DNA from: an uncultured Clostridia bacterium
Lineage (GTDB): Bacteria > Bacillota > Clostridia > UMGS1883 > UMGS1540
Reading direction: 5' to 3'
Length of the DNA stretch: 64,000 nt
NCBI GenBank assembly: GCA_937966555.1
Contig: CALCLY010000036.1
Span: 122,116-186,115 of the forward strand
Shown: piece after piece, positions 28,401 to 37,263 of the stretch
Layout: every line of letters begins with the position of its first letter
Numbering within the stretch: position 1 is the first letter of the stretch
Position numbers and translations under genes: made by a program
The notes under the pieces: model-generated
Database searches by the model: none
The model's input: only the letters and a program-made list of their open reading frames with translations
Told to the model about the DNA's origin: nothing

Positions 28401-28664
28401 GAACTGTGCAGAAAGCTTTGTTGCGTCAGAATAACTTCCGCCGGAGTCTGAGTATTGCCACTTATACGTGAATTCTACACCCGCCGTATTGCAGGTGACA
28501 ACCGCATCCGCAACATTTTCTCCCTCCGTATATCCGGTATAGGAAAATGAAACTGCTTCTATCTCTGTTCCCGCCGCACTCGCCGTCACGCCCATGGCGG
28601 GCACGAGGGAAAGCAGCATTGCCAGTGTCAGTAAAACAGAAAAAAATTGTCTTGTCTTTTTCAC
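25470..28664 (-). CDS. large S-layer-homology (SLH)-anchored cell-surface protein with Listeria-Bacteroides-type repeats, internal duplication and poly-Gly linker
   Basis: Likely start is the GTG at 28662-28664 (RBS AAAGGAGGA, signal peptide VKKTRQFFSVLLTLAMLLSLVPAMGVTASAAGT). Three C-terminal SLH repeats (…WFYDSVKYAYENGLMKG…, …YYEKAVAWASNNGIIFG…, …YAKDAVTWAAEKSIMTG…). GW-type repeats (GYTFDGWYTAASGG). Confidence 0.8.
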   Translation of the reverse strand: MKKTRQFFSVLLTLAMLLSLVPAMGVTASAAGTEIEAVSFSYTGYTEGENVADAVVTCNTAGVEFTYKWQYSDSGGSYSDATKLSAQFISGIKYTLWIYFKAQDGLALAELNETDVTLGGNNPGVVYTNYTIDEVKYSYGVPFSMSPLGGVTKYIVGFYTQGGKIGDESYRVELVTGTDGKLTAEQVPTPTKEHYIFAGWYTAESGGTLLSLDTVYTDPRNQFYARWVPAVDIDVTFDANGGKVNGKDTDTITIPAADKGKLASLPVPTREGYTFDGWYTAASGGMKITETTVFSEATTVYALWGAIDSVSFSYTGYTEGENVADAVVTCNTAGVEFTYKWQYSDSGGSYSDATKLSAQFISGIKYTLWIYFKAQDGLALAELNETDVTLGGNNPGVVYTNYTIDEVKYSYGVPFSMSPLGGVTKYIVGFYTQGGKIGDESYRVELVTGTDGKLTAEQVPTPTKEHYIFAGWYTAESGGTLLSLDTVYTDSSSEYYARWTENPALTGTATITGTAKFGQTLTASLESGNNTGTLSYQWKRDGSDISGAMNSTYTLVKADIGSTITVEISSSEETGTLTSAATAAVKKADSPGAPTGLNGVNPTTLGGSDGKITGTTTAMEYSTDSNFASPAGTVCSGTEITGLTAGTYYVRIAETDTHFAGATTTVTVPADDVPLTYTATVTPDGKTFAARTVGYGEQTAETFTITNTGTGALASLDVTLTGANADSFTLDKTGFNTNLATSGTTTFTIKPNTGLAAGTYTATVRVTATNLTTIDKTIRFTVNSSGGGGGGGGGGGTTRYTVKFETNGGNAITSSSVTKNSVVKEPTAPAKEGFTFDGWYTDEKLTAKYDFASKVTKDFTLYAKWNENEKPVDPVDPPKPTEWENPFTDIHKNDWFYDSVKYAYENGLMKGVSNTEFAPQSDITRAMFVTILYRMENEPQTAAAAFIDIESGSYYEKAVAWASNNGIIFGISENQFAPNDNITREQMVVMIYRYATFKGYDITTSGSTAYMDNSDISDYAKDAVTWAAEKSIMTGNTDGSFAPKANTTRAQAAAVFMRVLENLK
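26277..26309 (-). repeat. 11 consecutive glycine codons (GGC/GGT/GGA) encoding a poly-Gly linker
   Basis: + strand reads ccgccgccgccaccgccgccgccaccgccgccg. Protein reads SSGGGGGGGGGGGTT. Confidence 0.9.
27195..27737. repeat. copy 1 of a ~543-bp apparently identical intragenic direct repeat (copy 2 at 28011-28553, offset 816 bp)
   Basis: Identical nucleotide lines by inspection. The shadow ORFs 27267-27635 and 27999-28451 have identical translations. The protein carries an identical ~180-aa segment twice. Confidence 0.8.
28011..28553. repeat. copy 2 of the ~543-bp intragenic direct repeat
   Basis: See copy 1. Identity breaks at 28010/28011 and 28553/28554. Confidence 0.8.
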
Positions 28665-28692
28665 ATTTATATCCTCCTTTTGATGTGATGTT

Positions 28693-29274
28693 CTACTTGC
28701 CTCCGATATTCCGGCTTGAAATTGCATTACCGCAATACTCGCATTTGCCGGAGCTTCCGGCGCGAATTCTTGTTGTTCCGCTGCATTTTTCACACACAAT
28801 GTTAACAAAGCTTGTTTTACTGCCTTCTCTGCCCGAAAGAATCACGCAGGGCATGCCCTGCTTTTGCAGAGTGCAGTCACAGAATACTCCTTTGCCGAAA
28901 AGCTTCTCAAGCTCGGAAAGTACCTTGAACGGCGGTTTCCCCGATTGCTTTGCAAGCTCGTCAATTGTCACCATGCCGTCAGCATCACACATAAAGATTG
29001 AGTTGTAGCGATATGCAAGACCTGCCCTTCTGCCGTTTTTAATCCCGTTTAACAAAAGCAATCCGGACGGAACAACCATGACTATATTGGTAATCAAGTT
29101 ATCGCGAAGCTCTTCGTTATACCCGGTAACCCCGGAAATAATTCCAAACAGAAAAACCGCCGTGAAGAATCCGCCTATAATCATTTGTATGTGCTTTTTT
29201 AATGTAAGCCTTGCAATTGCCACTTTTGAAATATATGTTCCGCCACCCGAAAAGATTGTTTGATTCGTCTTCAT
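28693..29274 (-). CDS. membrane protein with C-terminal zinc ribbon (CEKCSG...CEYCGN)
   Basis: 193 aa from the ATG at 29274 (GGAGG 8 nt upstream). TM segment followed by CxxC...CxxC. Confidence 0.5.
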   Translation of the reverse strand: MKTNQTIFSGGGTYISKVAIARLTLKKHIQMIIGGFFTAVFLFGIISGVTGYNEELRDNLITNIVMVVPSGLLLLNGIKNGRRAGLAYRYNSIFMCDADGMVTIDELAKQSGKPPFKVLSELEKLFGKGVFCDCTLQKQGMPCVILSGREGSKTSFVNIVCEKCSGTTRIRAGSSGKCEYCGNAISSRNIGGK

Positions 29275-29276
29275 TT

Positions 29277-30119
29277 TCACTGCCTCCGAAATGCCATCAT
29301 TCCCACTCCGATGATTGCAAGCAATATACCGGTTACTATGCCGAAAATCGAGCCGCCGCGCACTCCTTTTTTGTTCTCCCCGGCAAATTCTTCTGCTGTC
29401 ATAATTCCCTTAACGGTTGTAACCGAATCCACATCCTCGGCTTCTATCAGGGTATCGCCTTTTTGTACGCCGACAATCGTATATTCGAGCGGATCGTCGG
29501 GCGAAACGATGCCGTAGGATATTTTTTGAGATCCGTATCCCGTCGATGAGTACATACCTGTTGATTTTTTCGGCAGCCAATTTTCTTTTGAAACGCAGTA
29601 GCTGCTTTCTCTTCCGCCCGAAAGCACCTTCCAGCCCGCATTGAGGCTCTTCTCGTCATATTGCGTAAATTCGGTGTTTCTTATAAGCGGATTGAGCAGC
29701 TTGCTTTCCACCTTAAATTCTCCGAGTAGGGTAGGTGCGGCGAGCATGGTTGATGTAAGTATCTCGGCGTTTATTCCAAAATTCGCCTTTTCGCTGTAGT
29801 CTGTATTCTCCGGATACCAGTCCCACACTTTTTCATCACCGCTGCCGGTATCCTGTTTATAAGTCCAAACCGTTCTTTTCGCCGTTACTCCGGGAAGCTT
29901 AACGCCCGTTATGGGATCCTGAAGCTGTTCGGCAGGTTTAAGAGTTCCCGAAACAACCACAAGCTTTCCCTCGTTTTCGGGAGTAAGCTTGCCGTCTTTA
30001 ATCGTTGGCGCAGCTTTGATTTTCTCATAGGACTGCGGTGCTGACACAAGAGCTTTTATGGCAAGCGAAGCAAAGAGCAAGCCTCCTATAATCAGTATAA
30101 CGCCGATTATTTTTTTCAT
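29277..30119 (-). CDS. membrane protein with N- and C-terminal TM helices flanking a large extracytoplasmic domain (TMEM43/DUF1625-like topology)
   Basis: 280 aa from MKKIIGVILIIGGLLFASLAI... to ...IFGIVTGILLAIIGVGMMAF. RBS GGAGG precedes it. Confidence 0.45.
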   Translation of the reverse strand: MKKIIGVILIIGGLLFASLAIKALVSAPQSYEKIKAAPTIKDGKLTPENEGKLVVVSGTLKPAEQLQDPITGVKLPGVTAKRTVWTYKQDTGSGDEKVWDWYPENTDYSEKANFGINAEILTSTMLAAPTLLGEFKVESKLLNPLIRNTEFTQYDEKSLNAGWKVLSGGRESSYCVSKENWLPKKSTGMYSSTGYGSQKISYGIVSPDDPLEYTIVGVQKGDTLIEAEDVDSVTTVKGIMTAEEFAGENKKGVRGGSIFGIVTGILLAIIGVGMMAFRRQ

Positions 30120-30140
30120 AGTCATTCCTCCGTTCTGTAG

Positions 30141-31313
30141 CTATTCAAGCTTATTCGCCTGATTTTTATATTCGTCCTGTATAAATTTCGCGTCCTTGTC
30201 GCTAAGTGCGTTTATAACCGTGCCGAGTGCGTCAAACTGCGCTCTTGTGCAGTGCACCGCAACAGGTTTGCAGGCATATCCGCGCGTCATACGTCCTAAA
30301 TTTTCGTTTTTTACAAGTCCGAGCATAACTTCATAAAGCTCATCCGTATTGAAATAGGTTGCTTTTGCCTTCCATGCGTCATAGTTCTCCTCGGATTTGT
30401 TGATAAAGCTTGTTACGGCTGCCCATGCGGGAACTTTGTCGCTGCCCGGTGTGGTTTTAAAGTAGTCCATCGTGGCTCTGTATGCCGCCTCGCTTGTGTT
30501 TTCGTGTGACGGATAATCATACCACAGCCAAACAAGACCTTTTACACCGCTTGAATGAAGGTCTGCGTCAGCCTCGTTTTTCAGCATTTCCGAGATAGGC
30601 GCAACCACCCTGTCATCACCGAGGAGACCGGCATACTCATACGCTGCCTTCCGAACATCGTTATCCGAATCTTTCATCAGCTCGATTTCCGCATCAACCG
30701 CTCCGTTAAGAGTCTTGTTCCATGTGCTTCCGAGAGCAACCGCCGCCTGCCTTCTTACAACTGCGTTTTCATTCTTTGCCGCATCAAGCAGGAATTTGCC
30801 GATTTCTGCATCCTTGCCGCCTTCATTTCCAAGAGCTTTTACCGCACATTTAATAACATAAGGCTCTTTTTCGGTTTTCAGAATCTCCTTTGCCGACGCT
30901 TTATGCGAATCACTTACCCCGAAAAATGTGGCGATGTTTGAAAAAGCATAGCCTCTTACCTGCGGTGCATCGCTTTTTAAAAGAGGCTCAACAAATTCCT
31001 TTGCCGCAGGGAGTGTTGCCTTGTTATCCTTAAGCTTTTTGATTGCTTTGTCTGTTATATTTTCATCAAGCTCAAGCTTATTGTTGATTGTTGCATATGA
31101 ATATGTGGAAGCAAGATTTACAAATTCGTCCAAGGTTATATTCTGCTCATCTTTAATAAACTCTTTTATCAGATCGTCCTCTGTCATATTTGCGTAGTCA
31201 ATCTTTTTGGTTTCCTGCTTTGTTTCGGTTTCTTTTCCGGTATTTTCACCGCCGCACGCAGCGAGCGAAAATACCATTCCTACAGCTAAAATGAACGCTA
31301 ATATTTTTTTCAT
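30141..31313 (-). CDS. HEAT-repeat lipoprotein
   Basis: Lipobox LAACGG. Repeated HEAT-like units (VRRQAAVALGS..., DNDVRKAAYEYAGLLGDDR). Confidence 0.55.
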   Translation of the reverse strand: MKKILAFILAVGMVFSLAACGGENTGKETETKQETKKIDYANMTEDDLIKEFIKDEQNITLDEFVNLASTYSYATINNKLELDENITDKAIKKLKDNKATLPAAKEFVEPLLKSDAPQVRGYAFSNIATFFGVSDSHKASAKEILKTEKEPYVIKCAVKALGNEGGKDAEIGKFLLDAAKNENAVVRRQAAVALGSTWNKTLNGAVDAEIELMKDSDNDVRKAAYEYAGLLGDDRVVAPISEMLKNEADADLHSSGVKGLVWLWYDYPSHENTSEAAYRATMDYFKTTPGSDKVPAWAAVTSFINKSEENYDAWKAKATYFNTDELYEVMLGLVKNENLGRMTRGYACKPVAVHCTRAQFDALGTVINALSDKDAKFIQDEYKNQANKLE

Positions 31314-31337
31314 AATATAAAATTCCTCCTGATTCTT

Positions 31338-32663
31338 TTATTGTTTATCATTATCGTCAAATATGTCGCCGCATTCAGGGCAGAATTTCGGCGGATTTTT
31401 GGGATCTTCAGGCTCCCAGCCGCATTTATCGCATTTATAGGTCGGTGCGCCCGCAGGTTTCGGATTCCCACAGTTTTGGCAGAACCTACCCTTGTTGACC
31501 GTTCCGCACGAACACGTCCAGCCGTCGGGCGATGCCTGCGGTTTTCCGCAATTCATACAGAATTTCCCGGTATTGCCCGTCTGACCGCATTCACAGCTCC
31601 AGCCTGCCGCTTGAGGCTGCTGTGCCTGCTGCTGAGACTGCTGTTGCTGCTGACCCATCGCAAAAAGATTGCCCGCATTCATACCGCCTGCATTCTGCGC
31701 CATACTCATTCCGAAAAAGCCGCCCATTGCGCCCATTCCGCCTTCGTTTGCCGCTGCCGTTCTCATAGCGTCTGTCTGCCCGCCGACTATGCGCGCCGCC
31801 GCAATATTCGGATTGGTTGTCATAACGTTTTCTTCCCATTCGGTAATCTTTTTTCTCTGGTCATCCGGGATAGATACACCGTTAATGCTTACGGCAAAGA
31901 GCTCGATTCCGCGCTTTTCCTTCCACTCAACTTTAAGCTCCTCGGAAAGAGCCTTTGTAACCTCTTTTGTATGTGCAGGAATTTCCGAATACATTATTTT
32001 CATTGCCGAAATCTGCGCAAATGCCGGTCTCAGAGCGTCCAAAAGCTCACTCTTTAACATTTCGTCAATTTCCGAACGGCTGTATACATATTCCACATTA
32101 CCGCTTACGTTTGTATAAAACATAACAGGGTCGGCTATTTTATAGGAATACACACCGTTACACCTTAAATCCACCGACAGCTTATAGTTCATCGATTCAT
32201 CTATAGTCACCCTGAATGGCACGGGAGAGGAGGTGCCGAATTTATTGCCGGTAATTTCCTTTGTGTTGAAATAATAAACCCTCTGATCCTTGCCCGGTTC
32301 GCCGCCGAAAGTAAAACGCTTGCCTACCTGCTGAAAGCTTTGTTTAATGCTTTCGCCTAAGTTGCCGCAAAAAATGCTCGGCTCGGTTGAATTATCATAA
32401 ACAAACTCACCCGCCTCGGCGCAAAATTCAACAATTTTGCCCGATTCCACGATAATCATGCTCTGTCCTTCGTTTACCGAAATGATAGAACCGTTTGAAA
32501 TAATGTTGTCGTCTCCCTTTTTGTTGGAGCTTCTTTTTCCCACTCGTTTTTCACCTTTTGCCACAAGTGTGTCGGCATCTAAACTTTCGCAGTAGAAAAA
32601 TTCTCTCCACTGGTCAGCCAAAACACCGCCAAGAGCGCCTGCGCCCGCTTTTAAAAGTCCCAT
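31338..32663 (-). CDS. SPFH-domain protein (COG4260/YdjI-like) with Gln-rich linker and three C-terminal zinc ribbons
   Basis: The N-terminal 300 aa follow a YdjI-like pattern (…YYFNTKEITGNKFGT…). The C-terminus reads CECGQ..CMNCG, CSCG..CQNCG, CDKCG..CPECG. Confidence 0.6.
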   Translation of the reverse strand: MGLLKAGAGALGGVLADQWREFFYCESLDADTLVAKGEKRVGKRSSNKKGDDNIISNGSIISVNEGQSMIIVESGKIVEFCAEAGEFVYDNSTEPSIFCGNLGESIKQSFQQVGKRFTFGGEPGKDQRVYYFNTKEITGNKFGTSSPVPFRVTIDESMNYKLSVDLRCNGVYSYKIADPVMFYTNVSGNVEYVYSRSEIDEMLKSELLDALRPAFAQISAMKIMYSEIPAHTKEVTKALSEELKVEWKEKRGIELFAVSINGVSIPDDQRKKITEWEENVMTTNPNIAAARIVGGQTDAMRTAAANEGGMGAMGGFFGMSMAQNAGGMNAGNLFAMGQQQQQSQQQAQQPQAAGWSCECGQTGNTGKFCMNCGKPQASPDGWTCSCGTVNKGRFCQNCGNPKPAGAPTYKCDKCGWEPEDPKNPPKFCPECGDIFDDNDKQ

Positions 32664-32687
32664 AATTCTGTTCTCCTCTCAAAATTT

Positions 32688-33236
32688 TTATTCTTTATAG
32701 TCTGTTATATCCCATATATCGGGTGTACATATCAGCCTGCCGTTTTCATCCGTATCAAGCGTGATTTTGTGTCCGCCGCGTATGACGATATAAATTTCAA
32801 CATTGCCGCCGCAGTTTATTATATACGGTGTGCCGTCATCTGCTTTTTGCAAATTTTTCTTATCGCCGTTTTGAATCAGCTCGTTTTCCTCTCCGTACCG
32901 CGGAATAACAAGATACCATTTTTCTCCGCCGTAATCATAATGACTGATTGCCCGGCGTTTTTCCTCGGAAAGCTCCGAAAAAAGCTTTTCTATATATTCA
33001 TTTGCCGTATTTTTGCCGGTTTCTCCCTCTCCGAGATATGCGACCGCCCAATAGGGATAGTCCTCGATTTCATCGAACGGAAGAGTATTTGCGTATTCTG
33101 TACGATGCTCACTGTCAACATACACCATGCCCGGTCCGTCCAGTATAAAAGGGTTTTCTCCGGGAGCCCTGCATCCGAAAAGACCGGCAATAACCGTAAA
33201 TATCGCAATTGCTTTCATCAGCCTTACCTTAATCAC
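32688..33236 (-). CDS. hypothetical lipoprotein (start may be the internal Met at 33218, MKAIAIFTVIAGLFGC)
   Basis: Signal peptide plus lipobox LFGC. No family recognised. Confidence 0.45.
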   Translation of the reverse strand: MIKVRLMKAIAIFTVIAGLFGCRAPGENPFILDGPGMVYVDSEHRTEYANTLPFDEIEDYPYWAVAYLGEGETGKNTANEYIEKLFSELSEEKRRAISHYDYGGEKWYLVIPRYGEENELIQNGDKKNLQKADDGTPYIINCGGNVEIYIVIRGGHKITLDTDENGRLICTPDIWDITDYKE

Positions 33237-34417
33237 CCTTTCGGCAATTCAATTCGCATATCGTAGCAAAGAATTCTCGAAATAAGAGCCGCCGCTTCAC
33301 TGCGTTTTACCTGTGAATCCGGATAGAACGCCATGTATTCATTGCTTCCCACTGCGATCCCTTTATTATAAAGATCCAAAATTTCATATGCGAAGGGCGT
33401 TGTGTCATAAACGTCCGGAATATCGGTTATCGGAACATCGTTTATAAAATACGGATTGACGTCGCACCGTGAAAACAGATATGCCATCTGTGCACGCGTT
33501 GCGTTTTTCTCCCAATCGAAGATAATATGATCTTCAAGTATTGCTTTGTCATAGCAATAATCCACATAAACATCATACCAGTTTTCACCGGTCATTTGGA
33601 ATTCAACTTCCTCTCCTTCGTATTGGCTTTTCTTGTGAATTACCGCGGCAATTTTGGCTGCCTCCGCGCAGGTAAGCCCTGCATTCGGGTCAAATTCTCT
33701 TTTGTTTTTCCCGTTTAAGATGCCAAAGCTGTACGCCGTCTGCACATAAGAATAGTACCATGCGTCCGGCGATATGTCCGCAAACGGCAGAGAGGTATTC
33801 TCCAGATATTTGCTTCCTTTAAAACCACAGTCCTCGCAGTATATCATGTTTTCACCGAAAATACCCTTTTCCGTCATACTCTCAACAAGCGCAGTATGCA
33901 TAAGTGAAAAACTAAAATTCCCGTCACCCTTTGCATCGGATATTTTTTCGTACATCACATGCTCATCTGCCGTGCACGGGATATAAAATTGTATAAATCC
34001 GGTTCCGGCAAACACATCAAAATCAAACGTTATTTCCTCTGAATTCAATGTAACCTCATTAAGATTTGCGCAGTTGGCAAAAGCGCGCTCACCAATATTT
34101 TTCACACTTGACGGAATATATGCACTTTCGGCATTGCAGCCTTCAAATGCATTTGTGTTTATCAATTCAATTCCTTCAGCAACGGATATGGCTTCAAGTC
34201 CTAAGTCAAAACAAGCCATAACACCGATTTCATTGATTTTTGTTCCGTCTATTTCTGCCGGGAAAAAGGCAAATTCATCACCGTAATAAGCGGTAATTAC
34301 TCCATCCTTTGTGTATTCATACATACCGTCTGCCGATTTGAATGTTTCCCATTCCGCACTGACAACAGTGCTGCTTAAGATCAGCAGTGCTGCAAGCAAT
34401 AACGATAGTTTTTTCAC
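33233..34417 (-). CDS. SLH-domain surface protein with BspA-type leucine-rich repeats
   Basis: GTG start at 34417 (GGAGG 8 nt upstream) gives signal peptide VKKLSLLLAALLILSSTVVSA. LRR_5-like repeats. SLH-like segments (…FADISPDAWYYSYVQTAYSFGILNG…, …YPDSQVKRSEAAALISRIL…). Confidence 0.6.
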   Translation of the reverse strand: MKKLSLLLAALLILSSTVVSAEWETFKSADGMYEYTKDGVITAYYGDEFAFFPAEIDGTKINEIGVMACFDLGLEAISVAEGIELINTNAFEGCNAESAYIPSSVKNIGERAFANCANLNEVTLNSEEITFDFDVFAGTGFIQFYIPCTADEHVMYEKISDAKGDGNFSFSLMHTALVESMTEKGIFGENMIYCEDCGFKGSKYLENTSLPFADISPDAWYYSYVQTAYSFGILNGKNKREFDPNAGLTCAEAAKIAAVIHKKSQYEGEEVEFQMTGENWYDVYVDYCYDKAILEDHIIFDWEKNATRAQMAYLFSRCDVNPYFINDVPITDIPDVYDTTPFAYEILDLYNKGIAVGSNEYMAFYPDSQVKRSEAAALISRILCYDMRIELPKG

Positions 34418-34432
34418 GTTTTGCACCTCCCG

Positions 34433-35302
34433 CTACTTTATTTTGGCTTCCGCATCGTCCGCGCGTCTTGTGTAAACCGCCATGCCGCCGGTCGCTGCGT
34501 CATTCATAGCATTTATGCCTTCCTTCAGTTTTTCTTTGTCTGCCTCCGTTATGGCTTCCTCACCTTTTGTTGCAGCCTTAAAAGCCGTTCCGAATGCCGC
34601 CGCCATTCCAATCGCTGCCGCATCCTCTCTTTTTTCCGCCTTGCTTCTGCCGAAGCCGAATAACCCTCTTTCGTCATCGTGAACGCCGAAAATATAGTCA
34701 AAATGCTGCTTTGCATTGTGCGCATATTGTACGTCTGAACGATTGTTCTTGCTGAAGCAGATTTTAAGCTCCTGCTTAATATAAGGGTGAGGACGCAGTC
34801 CTTTTTTGTTATCCGTATTCACCCTGCTCATATTTCCGCCCAACAGTTTGATTTTCAAGCCGCAGCCCTTAAACTCGGGCTGTTTGCCCGGCTCGGTTGC
34901 GGGTGTTTCATCTACATATTCCTCATAGCTTGCCACCTGATCGTAGCGGAAAAGCTCTTTCATCTTGCCTCTGCTCGTGTCGCTTCTGTATACAATTCTG
35001 AACATTCCCAGCTCGTCGCAAAATTCAATGCCCATATCATTAAGCGTGGACGGATATGTGCTTTTTTTGCCCTCCTTTGAGTAAACCTCTTCAAACAGTC
35101 TGTTCTGGCGCTTCATGTACTCAATGTGTCCCTTGATTTCGTCAAGCGTAAGCTCGCTTAAACGAATGTATTTTGAACACAGGTTTCCGCATTCGCTGCA
35201 GATAAATTCCTTGTTCTTGATTTTCGAGCGGTGCATCACGCCACACTCTTTGCCGCATAGTGCGCAGGTTTTTTTACCGAAAATATTTTTAAAGAATCCC
35301 AT
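34433..35302 (-). CDS. zinc-ribbon protein (N-terminal CALCGKEC...CSECGNLC) with C-terminal Ala/Gly-rich tail
   Basis: 289 aa. CxxC pairs at the N-terminus. No TM segment. Confidence 0.5.
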   Translation of the reverse strand: MGFFKNIFGKKTCALCGKECGVMHRSKIKNKEFICSECGNLCSKYIRLSELTLDEIKGHIEYMKRQNRLFEEVYSKEGKKSTYPSTLNDMGIEFCDELGMFRIVYRSDTSRGKMKELFRYDQVASYEEYVDETPATEPGKQPEFKGCGLKIKLLGGNMSRVNTDNKKGLRPHPYIKQELKICFSKNNRSDVQYAHNAKQHFDYIFGVHDDERGLFGFGRSKAEKREDAAAIGMAAAFGTAFKAATKGEEAITEADKEKLKEGINAMNDAATGGMAVYTRRADDAEAKIK

Positions 35303-35320
35303 TTTTCAACCTCCAATGAT

Positions 35321-36100
35321 TTAATAGCTTCCGCCCCTGCCGCCGTGGGTTTCGCCCGACGACGATGTGTGGGTTCCGGAATTGTTTTTTTGTTTTTCCG
35401 TTTTTGTGACCGTACTGTAAAGAAATATATCCCTTGAATCATGCATATTCATGCTTCCGGGCTTCATGTAATCGGACGCATAATCCTGTTTTACGGCTGT
35501 TTTCATTTTTTCCAGCTGCTTTTTCGTCATGTAATACGCCAGAAGCAGCGGAAGGAGCAGCGCTCCGCCGATTACGCAAAGAAGGTAGCCTAAGGTATAC
35601 TGTTTTTCGTTAAAGATATTGCCGCTGCTTGCCATGCCCAGAAGCTTTTCCGATTGTTCGAAAAACGCCTCTGCCGCGGCATCGAAGTTATCCTCCTTGA
35701 GAAAGGGCAAAACTTGTTTTTCCATATACGCCAAGCCGTTTTTATTAAAATATTTGATACCCTTGCCGTGTGTTGAGAAATGATACGCTCTCGGCATTTC
35801 GGAAATGTAAAGAATAATACCGTCTTTTTCCGCGCCGCAGCCGTAGCCGCCGTAGTCGAAAATATCGTCTGCGCGGCTTTCCGCATCATCGCCCGACATG
35901 TATTCCTCCGTGTATATCGCTACGTCAAAATTGTATTTGCTTCTTATTGCGTCGGCTTTTTTCGAGAGCTTGTCAAATTCGCTTTCCGACAAAAGCTCCG
36001 CCTCGTCCGTAATCGACGGATTTGCAAAATCCGCAAGGGCTCCGAAAGCCGACGTAAGCAAAAGAATAGCCGCCAAAAACGATAAAAGTATTTTTTTCAT
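35321..36100 (-). CDS. TPM-domain protein (YdjH-like), signal peptide and C-terminal TM
   Basis: ATG at 36100 with GAGGAGG RBS. Signal peptide MKKILLSFLAAILLLTSAFGALA. TPM-like core (ITDEAELLSESEFDKLSKKADAIRSKYNFDVAIYT). Confidence 0.6.
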   Translation of the reverse strand: MKKILLSFLAAILLLTSAFGALADFANPSITDEAELLSESEFDKLSKKADAIRSKYNFDVAIYTEEYMSGDDAESRADDIFDYGGYGCGAEKDGIILYISEMPRAYHFSTHGKGIKYFNKNGLAYMEKQVLPFLKEDNFDAAAEAFFEQSEKLLGMASSGNIFNEKQYTLGYLLCVIGGALLLPLLLAYYMTKKQLEKMKTAVKQDYASDYMKPGSMNMHDSRDIFLYSTVTKTEKQKNNSGTHTSSSGETHGGRGGSY

Positions 36101-36113
36101 GCCTGCCGCCTCC

Positions 36114-37193
36114 TCAGTGTAACAGGAAATATGCAATTACCGCCGCAGCAACGTACGCGATGCCTGCAATTTTCGCAAAATATATGTTTTTCTTCTTTTT
36201 GTCAACGGGGTATTCTCCCACCACCTTGCCCGTCTGCCCGTTTATGGCGAATTTGTACATTGTATTCATGTACTTGATGTTGAGCATCCACACCGGAAGC
36301 AGCGAATATCTGATTTTACCGCCTGAAAAGCTTATTCTCGTGCTTTCGGGAATTACCGCCGCATAGCCGCCCGTGGTTTCACGAAATACCGAAACCGTCG
36401 ATGCCTTGACGCGCTCGTTTGCTCTTTCTATGCTATCCTCCGCCGTAACGTCGTATTTGTCCGCCAGATATCCCGAAAGATACGCTCCGTTAAAAACGAC
36501 GGCGTCCTCGTAATTGAAGGGCTCGACAGCCTCCATATATGCGTTGTCCGCCTTTTTCGAGCCGTCAACGGGGATATTGGCAAAGCCGACGCTGCCGCTT
36601 CTGAAAAGTCTGTAATAATCGGTTTTTGTATAATTGTAGCTCGAATCGCTCCAGCTTGTAACCCTCTGCGCGCTGTATGTAATCGCCGCGTTGCAGTCGC
36701 AGTCAAACATCCAGAACGGTACGTAAACACCTGCCATTTCTTCTATTTTCTTTTTTACCTTAAATTCGTCCGGCAGAAACGGCGCATTTTTAAAATCATC
36801 TTCAAACGCCGCCGTTGCCGCTTTTTTATCCTTTTTGAACGGAATGATGTAATCGGGGCGGAGCGTTCCCTCAAACTGTCCCTTGATTACCGCGGCGTCG
36901 CCGCAATAAGGGCATACGGTAGAGCCCATGGTGTCATCGCCCGTTATTTCAGCGCCGCATGAAGGGCAGGTGTAGCTTGCAAGATCAATTTCTCCGTCCG
37001 CTTCATAATTTCTCGGCTCGTAGCTCTCCCAGTCATATTTTGATTCACCCTGCATTTCGGCGTTCGCATCGTCGATTTGCCGCATAGCGTCAAGCTCAAA
37101 ATTGTTTCCGCAGGAATCGCAGTGCAGCGATTCGTTTTTGAAAACCAGCGCAGCTCCGCAGCAGGGACATTTATAGCTTTGTACAGTTTCCAT
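36114..37193 (-). CDS. double zinc-ribbon protein with C-terminal TM anchor (YdjG-like)
   Basis: CPCCGA...CDSCGN and CPSCGA...CPYCGD, then a globular domain, then IAGIAYVAAAVIAYFLL TM. Confidence 0.5.
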   Translation of the reverse strand: METVQSYKCPCCGAALVFKNESLHCDSCGNNFELDAMRQIDDANAEMQGESKYDWESYEPRNYEADGEIDLASYTCPSCGAEITGDDTMGSTVCPYCGDAAVIKGQFEGTLRPDYIIPFKKDKKAATAAFEDDFKNAPFLPDEFKVKKKIEEMAGVYVPFWMFDCDCNAAITYSAQRVTSWSDSSYNYTKTDYYRLFRSGSVGFANIPVDGSKKADNAYMEAVEPFNYEDAVVFNGAYLSGYLADKYDVTAEDSIERANERVKASTVSVFRETTGGYAAVIPESTRISFSGGKIRYSLLPVWMLNIKYMNTMYKFAINGQTGKVVGEYPVDKKKKNIYFAKIAGIAYVAAAVIAYFLLH

Positions 37194-37197
37194 TGTT

Positions 37198-37240
37198 TCC
37201 CTCCTTTTTGCCCGGCCGCTCCCCGTGTCCGTTTTCGGGC
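37198..37240. other. 10-bp GC-rich stem-loop (GCCGCTCCCC...GGGGAGCGGC) between two co-oriented genes; possible attenuator or processing site
   Basis: Read directly. No U-run follows on the transcribed (minus) strand. It abuts the RBS of the next gene. Confidence 0.4.
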
Positions 37241-37263
37241 AGGGGAGCGGCTGACACTTTTGC

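Noticed and set aside
27195-28553. Considered whether the repeated blocks could be a CRISPR array or IS element
   Set aside because: There are only two copies, each 543 bp, both in-frame inside one surface-protein ORF. There are no short repeat-spacer units, no cas genes and no transposase.
31341-32118. 238-aa and 149-aa plus-strand ORFs overlapping the SPFH gene
   Set aside because: They are antisense shadow ORFs in a GC-rich Gly/Ala/Gln-codon region. The minus-strand SPFH ORF has the RBS and the family pattern.
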